Source: a phage
Sequence record: PZ445440.1
Strand: one strand, 5' to 3'
Length of the DNA: 64,000 bases
Shown: in pieces, positions 27,988 through 36,114 of the stretch
How positions within the stretch are numbered: position 1 is the stretch's first letter
How the letters are laid out: every line of letters starts with the position of its first letter
Translations under genes and position numbers: made by a program
Notes under the pieces: model-generated
Told to the model about the DNA's origin: nothing
The model's database searches: none
What the model saw: the letters and a program-made list of their open reading frames with translations, nothing else

Positions 27988-28977
27988 TCATTTATAGTAC
28001 GAATTGTGGTTTTCTAAGTAGACTTGTTCAAGGAAGTCATCCCAGAAACTCATATCTACTTTTTGTTGCATACCATTCTTAGCAGCTTGTTCTGCTGCAT
28101 GTTCAACTTGGTCAACGATATCTTCTAGGAATTCCTGTATGGTTTTAAACGTATGTTTACCAAGCTTAACATCGAGAATAAATGGAGCATCCTGAAGCGG
28201 GTAAACCAGGTCGCCGGTTTTGTAAATTTCTAGGAGCTGAAGTCCACCACGGCATGCATGACTCAATGCTTTCCAATCAATACCTTCATTGGCTTCTGCC
28301 TTACGAGCACGTTCACCGTAGTTCTCTTCAAGTTTAACCAGGATGGCATTGAACTCTTTATTGGTTAACGTGTCTTGGAATTTACGGTCCAACAGACTAT
28401 AGAATGTTTGCTTACCTGTTTTCTCATTTTCGGTTTCAACCCACGAAGCAAATTCACCTACAGGCAGAACATTCTTCATATGTGATAAACGAATTACTGC
28501 ACCATTATCAAAGTATCGTCCCCATTCATTAGAACGTTTAAGGGCTTGACGAAGAACAGCCAGTCGAGAACCCTTGACACCGTATTTAGAAGCTTGCTTA
28601 CGGACATACCCTAAATAAGATTTCATGTTAGTGGTATAGAAACGAGACCTGTTATCTTGAATATACTTCCATACATCAGGCAAATCAGATTTAACTACTA
28701 GACTTTGTGGAGTGTGAAGCATATCTAATGCGACGGTTTCACCATCAGCAGCTAGTTTAAAGAAATATTTGAGACTATACAACTCATGGTCCACGTCGTC
28801 TTTTGTGTTCTTAGAAGATGTGTTATTCGTGTTCTTGCTCATGTGTTCTTTAACGTTACCGGTCAAGATATCACGAGCATGAGGGACATAAATTTCTTTA
28901 AAATCGACGTCAGATTCAGGAGTAGACGTTCCATAAAGGTGGCTACCAAAGTAAGCCTTAACAATCGTTTTCATCAT
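27988..28977 (-). CDS. polymerase-beta-superfamily nucleotidyltransferase-like protein
   Basis: FGSHLYGTSTPESDVDF matches hG[GS]x9-13Dh[DE]h nucleotidyltransferase-fold signature (MNT/OAS/cGAS class); C-terminal helical region. Confidence 0.55.
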   Translation of the reverse strand: MMKTIVKAYFGSHLYGTSTPESDVDFKEIYVPHARDILTGNVKEHMSKNTNNTSSKNTKDDVDHELYSLKYFFKLAADGETVALDMLHTPQSLVVKSDLPDVWKYIQDNRSRFYTTNMKSYLGYVRKQASKYGVKGSRLAVLRQALKRSNEWGRYFDNGAVIRLSHMKNVLPVGEFASWVETENEKTGKQTFYSLLDRKFQDTLTNKEFNAILVKLEENYGERARKAEANEGIDWKALSHACRGGLQLLEIYKTGDLVYPLQDAPFILDVKLGKHTFKTIQEFLEDIVDQVEHAAEQAAKNGMQQKVDMSFWDDFLEQVYLENHNSYYK

Positions 28978-29447
28978 TTAGCCTTATATTCAAGAGTAGG
29001 ACAGACTTTTTCTTTACGAGCTTTAAGGTATCCACCTATTAATGATTTCTTACGTTCAATAGGCTCAAGTCCATTTTTAATTCGTTCTTGGTTTTGCGCA
29101 ATGAGCTCAATTTCTTTATAATATTTTCTGTCGTTATATTTGTCTAACAGCCAAGACGGACCAATTACTAACCCGGTAGCAATAAAAGCCATGACTGCTA
29201 CAATTAAAATGCCTACACCAATTGAGGCTGGAACTAATGTCCATAGACTGCTAAAAACAAAGAATTTAGTTAAAATTTCCTGGCCAATGATTGTGACTGC
29301 TGCTAAAATCGCAAATCCAATAATTGAAGCAGCCAATACCGGGATTAACGTTTTCCAAAAATAAGCACACAACGTTTTCGGACGATTCCATGTACTATTG
29401 AACGCGGCATAAATTTTAAAGTGCCAAGAGTTTTCATTGATAATCAT
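28974..29447 (-). CDS. membrane protein (3-4 TM)
   Basis: track ORF. Confidence 0.55.
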   Translation of the reverse strand: MIINENSWHFKIYAAFNSTWNRPKTLCAYFWKTLIPVLAASIIGFAILAAVTIIGQEILTKFFVFSSLWTLVPASIGVGILIVAVMAFIATGLVIGPSWLLDKYNDRKYYKEIELIAQNQERIKNGLEPIERKKSLIGGYLKARKEKVCPTLEYKAK

Positions 29448-29456
29448 AATAATTCC

Positions 29457-29987
29457 TTATTTCAAAGTTGGGATAATGGAATCGAGATAAGCTTTAAGAG
29501 CTACAGCTTCGTCTTTGGTAAATGTAGTAACATGTGAACGTAAATCATCATTTTGGCGAATAGTTACTACATCACCATCTTCATAAGAATTCATGACAGC
29601 CAAAGTCGTGGTATAGTTTGGAGCTATTGGATTAATAATGTAAGCACCACGACTGATACCCCATTTAAGTTTAGCCTTTTCAGGTGGTTCGGATTCCAAG
29701 AATTCTTTCACCTTAGCAACGAATGTTTTCCAGTTATCGATAGAAAGGCATTTGTCTTCAGTTTCGATATTAGCACCGTTATAAAGCCCATGATAAAAAC
29801 GAGCCTGAAGGTCTCCACCAATATTAATTGCCGATGCATGACCAGGCGGATTGAGTTTCAAAATCTCGTCTAGTTCCATAGGACAAATAGTAATACCATC
29901 ATCTTCCTGAGTCAGAACGTATACATTACCACGTTTTTCGATAGTCAAATCACCGAACAGTTCGGTTGTTTCAATTACAGTTTTCAT
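29457..29987 (-). CDS. hypothetical protein
   Basis: track ORF trimmed to ATG (MKTVIETTELFGD...). Confidence 0.55.
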   Translation of the reverse strand: MKTVIETTELFGDLTIEKRGNVYVLTQEDDGITICPMELDEILKLNPPGHASAINIGGDLQARFYHGLYNGANIETEDKCLSIDNWKTFVAKVKEFLESEPPEKAKLKWGISRGAYIINPIAPNYTTTLAVMNSYEDGDVVTIRQNDDLRSHVTTFTKDEAVALKAYLDSIIPTLK

Positions 29988-29988
29988 A

Positions 29989-30168
29989 TTATTCACCAAT
30001 TAAAGTTTCAACAAAATTCACCAAATCATTCTGACGAGCATCAACTTGTTTTTCATAAAAGTCTCCACAGTCATTTACTGCATGATAAGCTACATCATTT
30101 AAATCTGAATCAGCTTCACGTAAGTCATGGATAAGGTCCATCAATTTATTAGCTTGTTCACGGGTCAT
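29989..30168 (-). CDS. hypothetical small acidic protein (59 aa)
   Basis: hand translation MTREQANKLMDLIHDLREADSDLNDVAYHAVNDCGDFYEKQVDARQNDLVNFVETLIGE, codon-by-codon checked. Confidence 0.4.
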   Translation of the reverse strand: MTREQANKLMDLIHDLREADSDLNDVAYHAVNDCGDFYEKQVDARQNDLVNFVETLIGE

Positions 30169-30275
30169 TTTACCATACTCGTTTCAATAAGATTCACTAT
30201 GCCGTTTACCATGTTATAAGTAAACATCGGATAATTGTATTGTATCACAACGTATACGATAAGCAAAAGTTTCAT
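30165..30275 (-). CDS. hypothetical small hydrophobic protein (36 aa from MKLLLIVY)
   Basis: hand translation; ATGA coupling to downstream ORF; SD GGAGAA. Confidence 0.3.
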   Translation of the reverse strand: MKLLLIVYVVIQYNYPMFTYNMVNGIVNLIETSMVK

Positions 30276-30294
30276 TTTGTTCTCCATTTGTTTT

Positions 30295-30333
30295 GGTAGG
30301 ACTACTATAACATAGTCCTACCAAGATGTAAAC
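30295..30333 (-). promoter_or_regulatory. early promoter GTTTAC-N17-TTATAGT with perfect 10-bp inverted repeat GGTAGGACTA/TAGTCCTACC around -10
   Basis: read from sequence. Confidence 0.5.
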
Positions 30334-30566
30334 TACCGATTGTGTTTTAAATGTTGATAAAGTTCTTCAACTTGTTTAGGGTCCAAAACAATTAGGTCAT
30401 TTTCTTGGCGAAGATAAATCCATCCCTTATCCCCAGGACCATTTTTACAAAACATCACCACCATATCATCATCTTCAGCGCTTTCAGGTAAAAGTTCAAG
30501 TACGCCGTCTTCAGATTTTTCAGTATAATCGTAAAGCATAATATCCTCACATAATCTCGTTAACAT
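30333..30566 (-). CDS. hypothetical acidic protein
   Basis: track ORF. Confidence 0.5.
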   Translation of the reverse strand: MLTRLCEDIMLYDYTEKSEDGVLELLPESAEDDDMVVMFCKNGPGDKGWIYLRQENDLIVLDPKQVEELYQHLKHNR

Positions 30567-30726
30567 ACATTTGCAATTCGGTGTGGGCGTCAGCCATCTT
30601 TTTCATAGCTCTGTTAATGTCGATGTCTCCATCTTCGCAACCATGAGCATTTTCCCAATCAGATACCGCATTAGCGTACTCTTCAATCAAAAACATTAAC
30701 TTAGAAATTTTTTCTTTACGTGACAT
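30547..30726 (-). CDS. hypothetical protein
   Basis: track ORF trimmed to ATG downstream of promoter 30731-30782. Confidence 0.5.
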   Translation of the reverse strand: MSRKEKISKLMFLIEEYANAVSDWENAHGCEDGDIDINRAMKKMADAHTELQMYVNEIM

Positions 30727-30730
30727 AACG

Positions 30731-30782
30731 TTCTCCTCTAGTAAGTAAGGTTTACTATAACACAACCTGAGGAGAAGTAAAC
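30731..30782 (-). promoter_or_regulatory. early promoter GTTTAC/TTATAGT; spacer arm TTCTCCTC complementary to downstream arm GAGGAGAA that is the SD of the 30726 gene
   Basis: read from sequence. Confidence 0.5.
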
Positions 30783-30793
30783 TGATAGATGCC

Positions 30794-30820
30794 AAAAAGC
30801 CCCGACCTTTCGGAAGGGGC
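30794..30820 (-). terminator. rho-independent terminator (GCCCC...GGGGC hairpin + UUUUU) after rI
   Basis: read from sequence; near-identical architecture to 47475-47501. Confidence 0.6.
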
Positions 30821-30827
30821 TAGTAAA

Positions 30828-31130
30828 TTAGATAGATGTAGGCTCTAATTTTATTTTCATGAACTCGGCAAATTGTCTGGCAGTTTTTATGCCTTGTTCA
30901 TGACATTCAAATGCATCATCACAGGGGCTATTTTTGTAATGCTTTGCCATATACTTATAGAATTTTTCAGAATTCTCGACATTTTGAATTTCAAACAAAG
31001 TATATACGTTTTTAATCCCTGATTCCATAAAGTTATCAAAGTATGGGTCAACATATGCAGTGCCAACAATAGGAGTCGTTGCTGCAAAAAACCCCAGCAT
31101 CGCCACAATGACTATCGCTCTTAAGGCCAT
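30828..31130 (-). CDS. rI: lysis-inhibition antiholin RI (signal-anchored periplasmic)
   Basis: MALRAIVIVAMLGFFA...DPYFDNFMESGIKNVYTLFE...CDDAFEC resembles T4 RI. Confidence 0.8.
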   Translation of the reverse strand: MALRAIVIVAMLGFFAATTPIVGTAYVDPYFDNFMESGIKNVYTLFEIQNVENSEKFYKYMAKHYKNSPCDDAFECHEQGIKTARQFAEFMKIKLEPTSI

Positions 31131-31142
31131 ATAGGCCTCCTG

Positions 31143-31355
31143 TTAATTTTGGCCAGTATTTATTTTTCGCCTTTGGACGGCATTAACATCTGCGAGGTAT
31201 TTTTCCAGCTTGCGCTTGCGTGTATAATCAGCTTTAGAACCAGTTTGACGGATATCCTCGTTTAAATGAGAAATAGAATGTCCTAATTCTCTTCGGATTT
31301 CATCCAATTGGGTTACAGTAAGATTACGAAGTTGTCTTTCGTTTAATTGCTGCAT
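31143..31355 (-). CDS. hypothetical protein
   Basis: track ORF. Confidence 0.5.
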   Translation of the reverse strand: MQQLNERQLRNLTVTQLDEIRRELGHSISHLNEDIRQTGSKADYTRKRKLEKYLADVNAVQRRKINTGQN

Positions 31356-31382
31356 ATATACCTCTTGGTTAGATATTAGTAT

Positions 31383-31964
31383 TTATAACAACCCTGTCAA
31401 ATCGTTCCAATGCTTCCGGCATAATGACACATATCTATCGGTATCACCAATTTCAATTTGACTGCCATCTGTAATTGGAAGTCCGTCTTCCGTGACTCTA
31501 GCTACCATTGTGGCCTTTTTACCACAATGACAGACACCTTTAAGTTCAACAAGCTTATCGGCAATAGCCATTAATGCTTGAGAACCTTCAAATAGATTAC
31601 CTTTAAAATCTGTTCGTAGTCCGTATGCCATTACCGGCACATTGTATACGTCAACAATACGACTAAGTTGATACACCTTTTCAGTAGTTAAGAACTGAGC
31701 TTCGTCAACAAATACACAGTGAATATCCTTTTGTGCTGCAGCCCATTTATAGAATTCAAAGATATCCATGTCTTTTGTAATTATATTGGCGTCCTGACGA
31801 ATACCAATACGAGAGACTATTTCACCTTTTGAATCACGAGTATCAATAGCCGGTTTAAGAACTAATACACCCATGCCACGTTCTTTATAGTTATGTGCGG
31901 CAGTAAGTAATGAAGCAGACTTACCAGCGTTCATAGCGGCATATGTAAAAATTAAACTAGCCAT
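31383..31964 (-). CDS. tk: thymidine kinase
   Basis: 193 aa, P-loop MNAGKS, VDEAQF, C-terminal CxxC...C...H zinc site. Confidence 0.95.
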   Translation of the reverse strand: MASLIFTYAAMNAGKSASLLTAAHNYKERGMGVLVLKPAIDTRDSKGEIVSRIGIRQDANIITKDMDIFEFYKWAAAQKDIHCVFVDEAQFLTTEKVYQLSRIVDVYNVPVMAYGLRTDFKGNLFEGSQALMAIADKLVELKGVCHCGKKATMVARVTEDGLPITDGSQIEIGDTDRYVSLCRKHWNDLTGLL

Positions 31965-31973
31965 AAGAGTCCC

Positions 31974-32156
31974 TTATAGTGAATTCACGTAGTCAATGAG
32001 TTCTTGTTCTTTCCTGTCAAATGATTCCAACAATGCTTGATATTCTTCATCTGTTAAAGGAGCATATTCATCATACGCATTGGTGGCCGCTTGCTCATCC
32101 AATAGGTCGTGGATAAGTTCGAACAGTTTAGTTTTCTCTTCTTTAGTCAATTTCAT
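31974..32156 (-). CDS. hypothetical acidic protein
   Basis: track ORF. Confidence 0.5.
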   Translation of the reverse strand: MKLTKEEKTKLFELIHDLLDEQAATNAYDEYAPLTDEEYQALLESFDRKEQELIDYVNSL

Positions 32157-32647
32157 TTAGGTTCCCAATCAACAATCACAATTTCTAGTTTAGTGGAATA
32201 CGTATCTAAAATCTCTTCGATGACATCCCAGTTTCCACCACCAATACCTGCACCAATTCTTGGCATATAAATTACAGGCTTTGTTATCTTATTCTTTCCG
32301 AATTCATTTAATTCTATTATACAATTCATTAAAGCATAGTACTCAAAATTAGGTCCAGGCTCAAACTGTGTATAAAGATTAAAGCAATAAGCTTTATGGG
32401 TCTTAAAATATTTTTCATAAACCGAATAAGTCCCGAGTTTAGACTCGTCTCCGAATTCGGTTTGAAGTTTATCGGCTTCCAGAATTTTTGGATAAGCCTT
32501 TGCTAATTGTCCTGCTACACCGGCACCCATTGTATGAAAACAATTACACCCATGAGCAATATTATTACCTTTAGAAAACAGGGCGACAATATCGCCCTTG
32601 ATATAGTTTTTAATCACTTGCTGCAAGTCCTCTAGTATAAGAGTCAA
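32153..32647 (-). CDS. macrodomain protein, TARG1/OARD1/DarG-like
   Basis: KGDIVALFSKGNNIAHGCNCFHTMGAGVAGQ and YMPRIGAGIGGGNW parallel human OARD1 GDLF..SLAHCISEDCRMGAGIA and SMPRIGCGLDRLQW from memory. Confidence 0.6.
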   Translation of the reverse strand: MTLILEDLQQVIKNYIKGDIVALFSKGNNIAHGCNCFHTMGAGVAGQLAKAYPKILEADKLQTEFGDESKLGTYSVYEKYFKTHKAYCFNLYTQFEPGPNFEYYALMNCIIELNEFGKNKITKPVIYMPRIGAGIGGGNWDVIEEILDTYSTKLEIVIVDWEPK

Positions 32648-32957
32648 CTAGACGGTCCACCATAGAATTGCATGCTGCCTTATCTTTAGGTTCCGCCACC
32701 GAGCATTCTAATATTTGCCATTTTTTATGATATCGTTTAATTAAGGTAGACGCCTTGAACCTACTAGACGCCCCATCTTTTTCTCCGTCTTTATATGCGT
32801 ATAACAATTTTTGTGAAAAATCTACTTTACACTCTTGACTTTTACCACAATAATCAGACGCCGTTCTGTTTGTATACTCCGTTACATCAGTATATGTAGT
32901 ATTAGCAAGAGCGTTAAATGAAACCAAGCCAACTATTAAAGCCAACATTTTGGTCAT
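32610..32957 (-). CDS. secreted small protein (signal peptide, 4 Cys)
   Basis: N-terminal hydrophobic leader MTKMLALIVGLVSFNALA; overlaps macro gene 3' end by 38 nt. Confidence 0.5.
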   Translation of the reverse strand: MTKMLALIVGLVSFNALANTTYTDVTEYTNRTASDYCGKSQECKVDFSQKLLYAYKDGEKDGASSRFKASTLIKRYHKKWQILECSVAEPKDKAACNSMVDRLVDSYTRGLAASD

Positions 32958-33496
32958 TCTTTTATTTCCAGTAGTTTATTTGATTTAAGGTAATTAGCCT
33001 TTTCTAGGACTTCAGAAGCATATTTACTTCCAGCACTTGTCTTCCATCCAGCATTATATGAGGATATAGCTTTTCTTATATCCCCGTTATGTATATTTAA
33101 CCAATAAGAAAATTCGATATAAGCCCATCTGGCTGAATTAGACCGCTTAGATAGCATTTTCTTAATTTGGGCATCAGTCATATTATAACCAAGCTGGTTA
33201 ATTCTTGCCCTCATTGTTGGTAGATAATTTTGGAACATTCCATACGCATGGTGACCTTTCTTATCTTTAAGATTAATACCGGCAGATGATTCCTGCCATA
33301 GTATTGCGGCCATTATGTATCCAAGTCCTTTCTTATGCATATTTTCATGCGTTTTAAATTTTCCGTCCTTAGAAAACTGTTCCCCAAACTGATAAGCATA
33401 ATTCAAGTTATCGAGTTGGACATTACTAAAAGTATGCTCGGAGCTATGTGCTGATAATGAAAGAGCAAATAGACCAGCGAGTAGTGCTTTTCTCAT
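32954..33496 (-). CDS. periplasmic lytic-transglycosylase-like protein (signal peptide + SLT-like)
   Basis: signal peptide MRKALLAGLFALSLSAHS; WQESSAG...YGMFQ resembles SLT catalytic E-S and GLMQ motifs. Confidence 0.5.
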   Translation of the reverse strand: MRKALLAGLFALSLSAHSSEHTFSNVQLDNLNYAYQFGEQFSKDGKFKTHENMHKKGLGYIMAAILWQESSAGINLKDKKGHHAYGMFQNYLPTMRARINQLGYNMTDAQIKKMLSKRSNSARWAYIEFSYWLNIHNGDIRKAISSYNAGWKTSAGSKYASEVLEKANYLKSNKLLEIKE

Positions 33497-33504
33497 GTTT
33501 ACCT

Positions 33505-33963
33505 CTAGATTTTAATCACTGCTTTAGAAGCTTTTCCTGGTAGTCGTTTACTGTTAATAATAGCCATTCTGCATTGAAGAGTCTTCATTTTGAATGCTGG
33601 ATTTTCGCGACAAACTGTAAGTCCTAACCAAAGATTTCCATCGGTTATTTCTAAACGGCCTGGACGGTATTCGACGCCTTCGACAAAATCTTCATCAACG
33701 TCCGGACGAGCCGGCATTGATAAAAATTCTGCAACTTCTTTAACATGATTTTTTACTTTATGAAATAATTCAAAAACGTAATTCTCATCTATTTCTCTCT
33801 GGATGGCACGATCTAAGAGATGCTGAGAATACTTGATATGAAAGCCTGGTAGTCCAAGAGACTTTGCAGCATCTTTTATACCGGCATTTATTTTGCGGAA
33901 CTCCGTTTCAAAGATTCGACGGAGTTTATTACGGCGGATAAAAACTTCCGAATTGATAGTCAT
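33505..33963 (-). CDS. regB: endoribonuclease RegB
   Basis: MTINSEVFIRRNKLRR...HLLDRAIQREIDENYVFELFHK...RLPGKASKAVIK matches T4 RegB. Confidence 0.9.
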   Translation of the reverse strand: MTINSEVFIRRNKLRRIFETEFRKINAGIKDAAKSLGLPGFHIKYSQHLLDRAIQREIDENYVFELFHKVKNHVKEVAEFLSMPARPDVDEDFVEGVEYRPGRLEITDGNLWLGLTVCRENPAFKMKTLQCRMAIINSKRLPGKASKAVIKI

Positions 33964-33970
33964 TTTGATT

Positions 33971-34020
33971 TCTCCTCTAGTTGACAAGTCTATAGTAACA
34001 CAACTAGAGGAGAAGTAAAC
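33971..34020 (-). promoter_or_regulatory. early promoter GTTTAC/TTACTAT with 13-bp inverted repeat TCTCCTCTAGTTG/CAACTAGAGGAGA; downstream arm contains regB SD
   Basis: read from sequence. Confidence 0.55.
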
Positions 34021-34024
34021 TACT

Positions 34025-34240
34025 TTATTGATAAAACGGAGTTAAAGCCCAAGATTCTTTAGATACCATATTGGCGAAATGCCTCATCTCTTCGATTTGG
34101 CGACGACGCTGGTCAGCATAGTCTTCTTCGCCTTCTTCCTTACAATCTTCAAGGTCTTCTTCAAGATACTTTAAGTATTCACTACAAATTTTGTTGACCT
34201 TTTCTTGGAAGTCCAATAACCCAGTAATAGTAGAAGCCAT
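34025..34240 (-). CDS. hypothetical acidic protein
   Basis: track ORF. Confidence 0.5.
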   Translation of the reverse strand: MASTITGLLDFQEKVNKICSEYLKYLEEDLEDCKEEGEEDYADQRRRQIEEMRHFANMVSKESWALTPFYQ

Positions 34241-34506
34241 TAGTATTTTTCCTCAGGACGAAATACTGCACGACATGCCCACATGCTGGCTTCTTTTAGA
34301 TGTTGCTTAGCATACTTAAGAGCCTGCACTGCATCCATATCTTCTTTGGTTTGTTGCTCTGTTTCGTTTTCTTTCAAGATATATGCTTCTTCAATCAGAG
34401 CATCAAACAACAATCCAAGACGGACTTCGGCATCTTTAATAGCGTTCACTTTACTGATTTTATCATCGGTATGCGGCTTGTAGCCTTTGATGTCTTCAAT
34501 CGACAT
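34240..34506 (-). CDS. hypothetical protein (88 aa from MSIEDIKGYKPH)
   Basis: track ORF trimmed to internal ATG. Confidence 0.45.
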   Translation of the reverse strand: MSIEDIKGYKPHTDDKISKVNAIKDAEVRLGLLFDALIEEAYILKENETEQQTKEDMDAVQALKYAKQHLKEASMWACRAVFRPEEKY

Positions 34507-34720
34507 AAGGAATTTCCTCATCGGTGGCAAGGTCGTATTCGACCAATTGGATAGGCTCATTAATACCATATCCACGTACAGTGATATCAGTTGTCGGATA
34601 GTTTCCAGTAATATCACCCATTCTAAATGATTCAATGAATGATTGCTCGCCTGAGCAACTAAACCAGGCGGCAAAACATTTTAAAACATCTTCAGACCCT
34701 TCTATAATCAATTTAGCCAT
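34496..34720 (-). CDS. hypothetical protein
   Basis: track ORF. Confidence 0.45.
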   Translation of the reverse strand: MAKLIIEGSEDVLKCFAAWFSCSGEQSFIESFRMGDITGNYPTTDITVRGYGINEPIQLVEYDLATDEEIPYVD

Positions 34721-35082
34721 TATAGACTCTCAGTAAAGGTACGAGCGATAACGTCGCGCTGCTGTTCCGGAGTCAGAGAGTTAAAGCGAACTGCATAACC
34801 TGATACACGGATGGTCAGCTGCGGATATTTTTCTGGATGCTTAACTGCATCTTCCAGAGTTTCGCGACGCAGAACGTTAACGTTCAGGTGTTGACCACCT
34901 TCAATTTTAACTTTAGGTTGATGTTCAATTTCAATTTCACGGGCATTCAAACCGTAGAAAATTTCCGGGTCTACAATAGCGTCTTCTTTAAAAGTCTTAG
35001 AGACGATAATCCTGGCTTGAGTACCGTCTTCAAAATAAATAGTGCCTTTATGTGCACCTTCAAGAATTTGATATGCTTTCAT
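34720..35082 (-). CDS. autonomous glycyl-radical cofactor (GrcA/YfiD-like)
   Basis: C-terminal [55 protein letters not shown] matches E. coli YfiD C-terminus. Confidence 0.85.
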   Translation of the reverse strand: MKAYQILEGAHKGTIYFEDGTQARIIVSKTFKEDAIVDPEIFYGLNAREIEIEHQPKVKIEGGQHLNVNVLRRETLEDAVKHPEKYPQLTIRVSGYAVRFNSLTPEQQRDVIARTFTESL

Positions 35083-35088
35083 ATAACC

Positions 35089-35397
35089 TCAATTAGAAAA
35101 TAAATTTATCCAAGTTTTTTCTTTAATCAAAAATGGGTCGGAATTAAACGCCATTAAACTTTGAGTGATTAATCCCTTAAATGGCCCATCAATAAATTCC
35201 ATTTTGAAATGCGGAATACTAGTCATCAACCGTGCATTAGGAGCAGTACAAAGAACCTGCTGCCCTGCGAACGGACCTTTAGTCAAACGGTATCGTTTAG
35301 GTTTAAAATGGTAAATCTCGTAATTTTCTACAAGGGCCCTTTTATTGCATACTGGGCTGTTATAACAATATTCAAAAACTTCAATAGTGGTCATCAT
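35089..35397 (-). CDS. hypothetical protein
   Basis: track ORF. Confidence 0.5.
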   Translation of the reverse strand: MMTTIEVFEYCYNSPVCNKRALVENYEIYHFKPKRYRLTKGPFAGQQVLCTAPNARLMTSIPHFKMEFIDGPFKGLITQSLMAFNSDPFLIKEKTWINLFSN

Positions 35398-35936
35398 TGC
35401 ATTCCAATCACAAAAAATTGAGGACGAACCGTTTCACCTGTGTCCGCGTTATGGCTTCGACAACAGTGTTGTATTGTTTTGATATGGATGTCGTAAATCT
35501 TATCCATATCAGGAGCTTTAATAGGTTCATCAATTATATACAAGATACGAGAAAGCGATAATCCACGGAATTTATGACCTTCATTACCGATAAAGCTACG
35601 TAACGAATCGTGCCACAGACGGAATCGGATATCTTCGTCACTAAAACGAATAAAATCATTTTTGATAGAATCGGCTGAAATTCTCGCATACGCCGAGGTA
35701 TTAGACAGGACAATTACTGTACCACCGTCATAAAGCCAATTAGCCGCAAAATTAATTACTGCGGTAGATTTGCCTGATTGACGTCCACCGTCTATACGAA
35801 GCGTACAGTACTGCTTGAGCAAGTCTTCAATCGGTGGGACATAACCGTTCTTACAAATTTCTTCTACTCTAGCATCAGAATGGTGTGTAAAAGCATTCAT
35901 CAGGGATAGATAAGGCCCAGTTAAAAATGTTCTCAT
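35394..35936 (-). CDS. P-loop NTPase of unknown function
   Basis: Walker A GGRQSGKST, Walker B LYIIDE. Confidence 0.55.
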   Translation of the reverse strand: MRTFLTGPYLSLMNAFTHHSDARVEEICKNGYVPPIEDLLKQYCTLRIDGGRQSGKSTAVINFAANWLYDGGTVIVLSNTSAYARISADSIKNDFIRFSDEDIRFRLWHDSLRSFIGNEGHKFRGLSLSRILYIIDEPIKAPDMDKIYDIHIKTIQHCCRSHNADTGETVRPQFFVIGMQ

Positions 35937-36114
35937 ATTATTTCTCTTAAGGTTTGGGCCATTCCGTGGCACATGAATTGTCCATTTCTGTATTTACCCA
36001 TTACCGCACTTGGGCTCGACCTTATTACAGGTTGGCGGGAATCCCTCATAGAATCATGAGGTCCAGGTTGTTCCCATTTTATTTGAAGGTAAATAGGCCT
36101 AAGTATAGGCCTAT

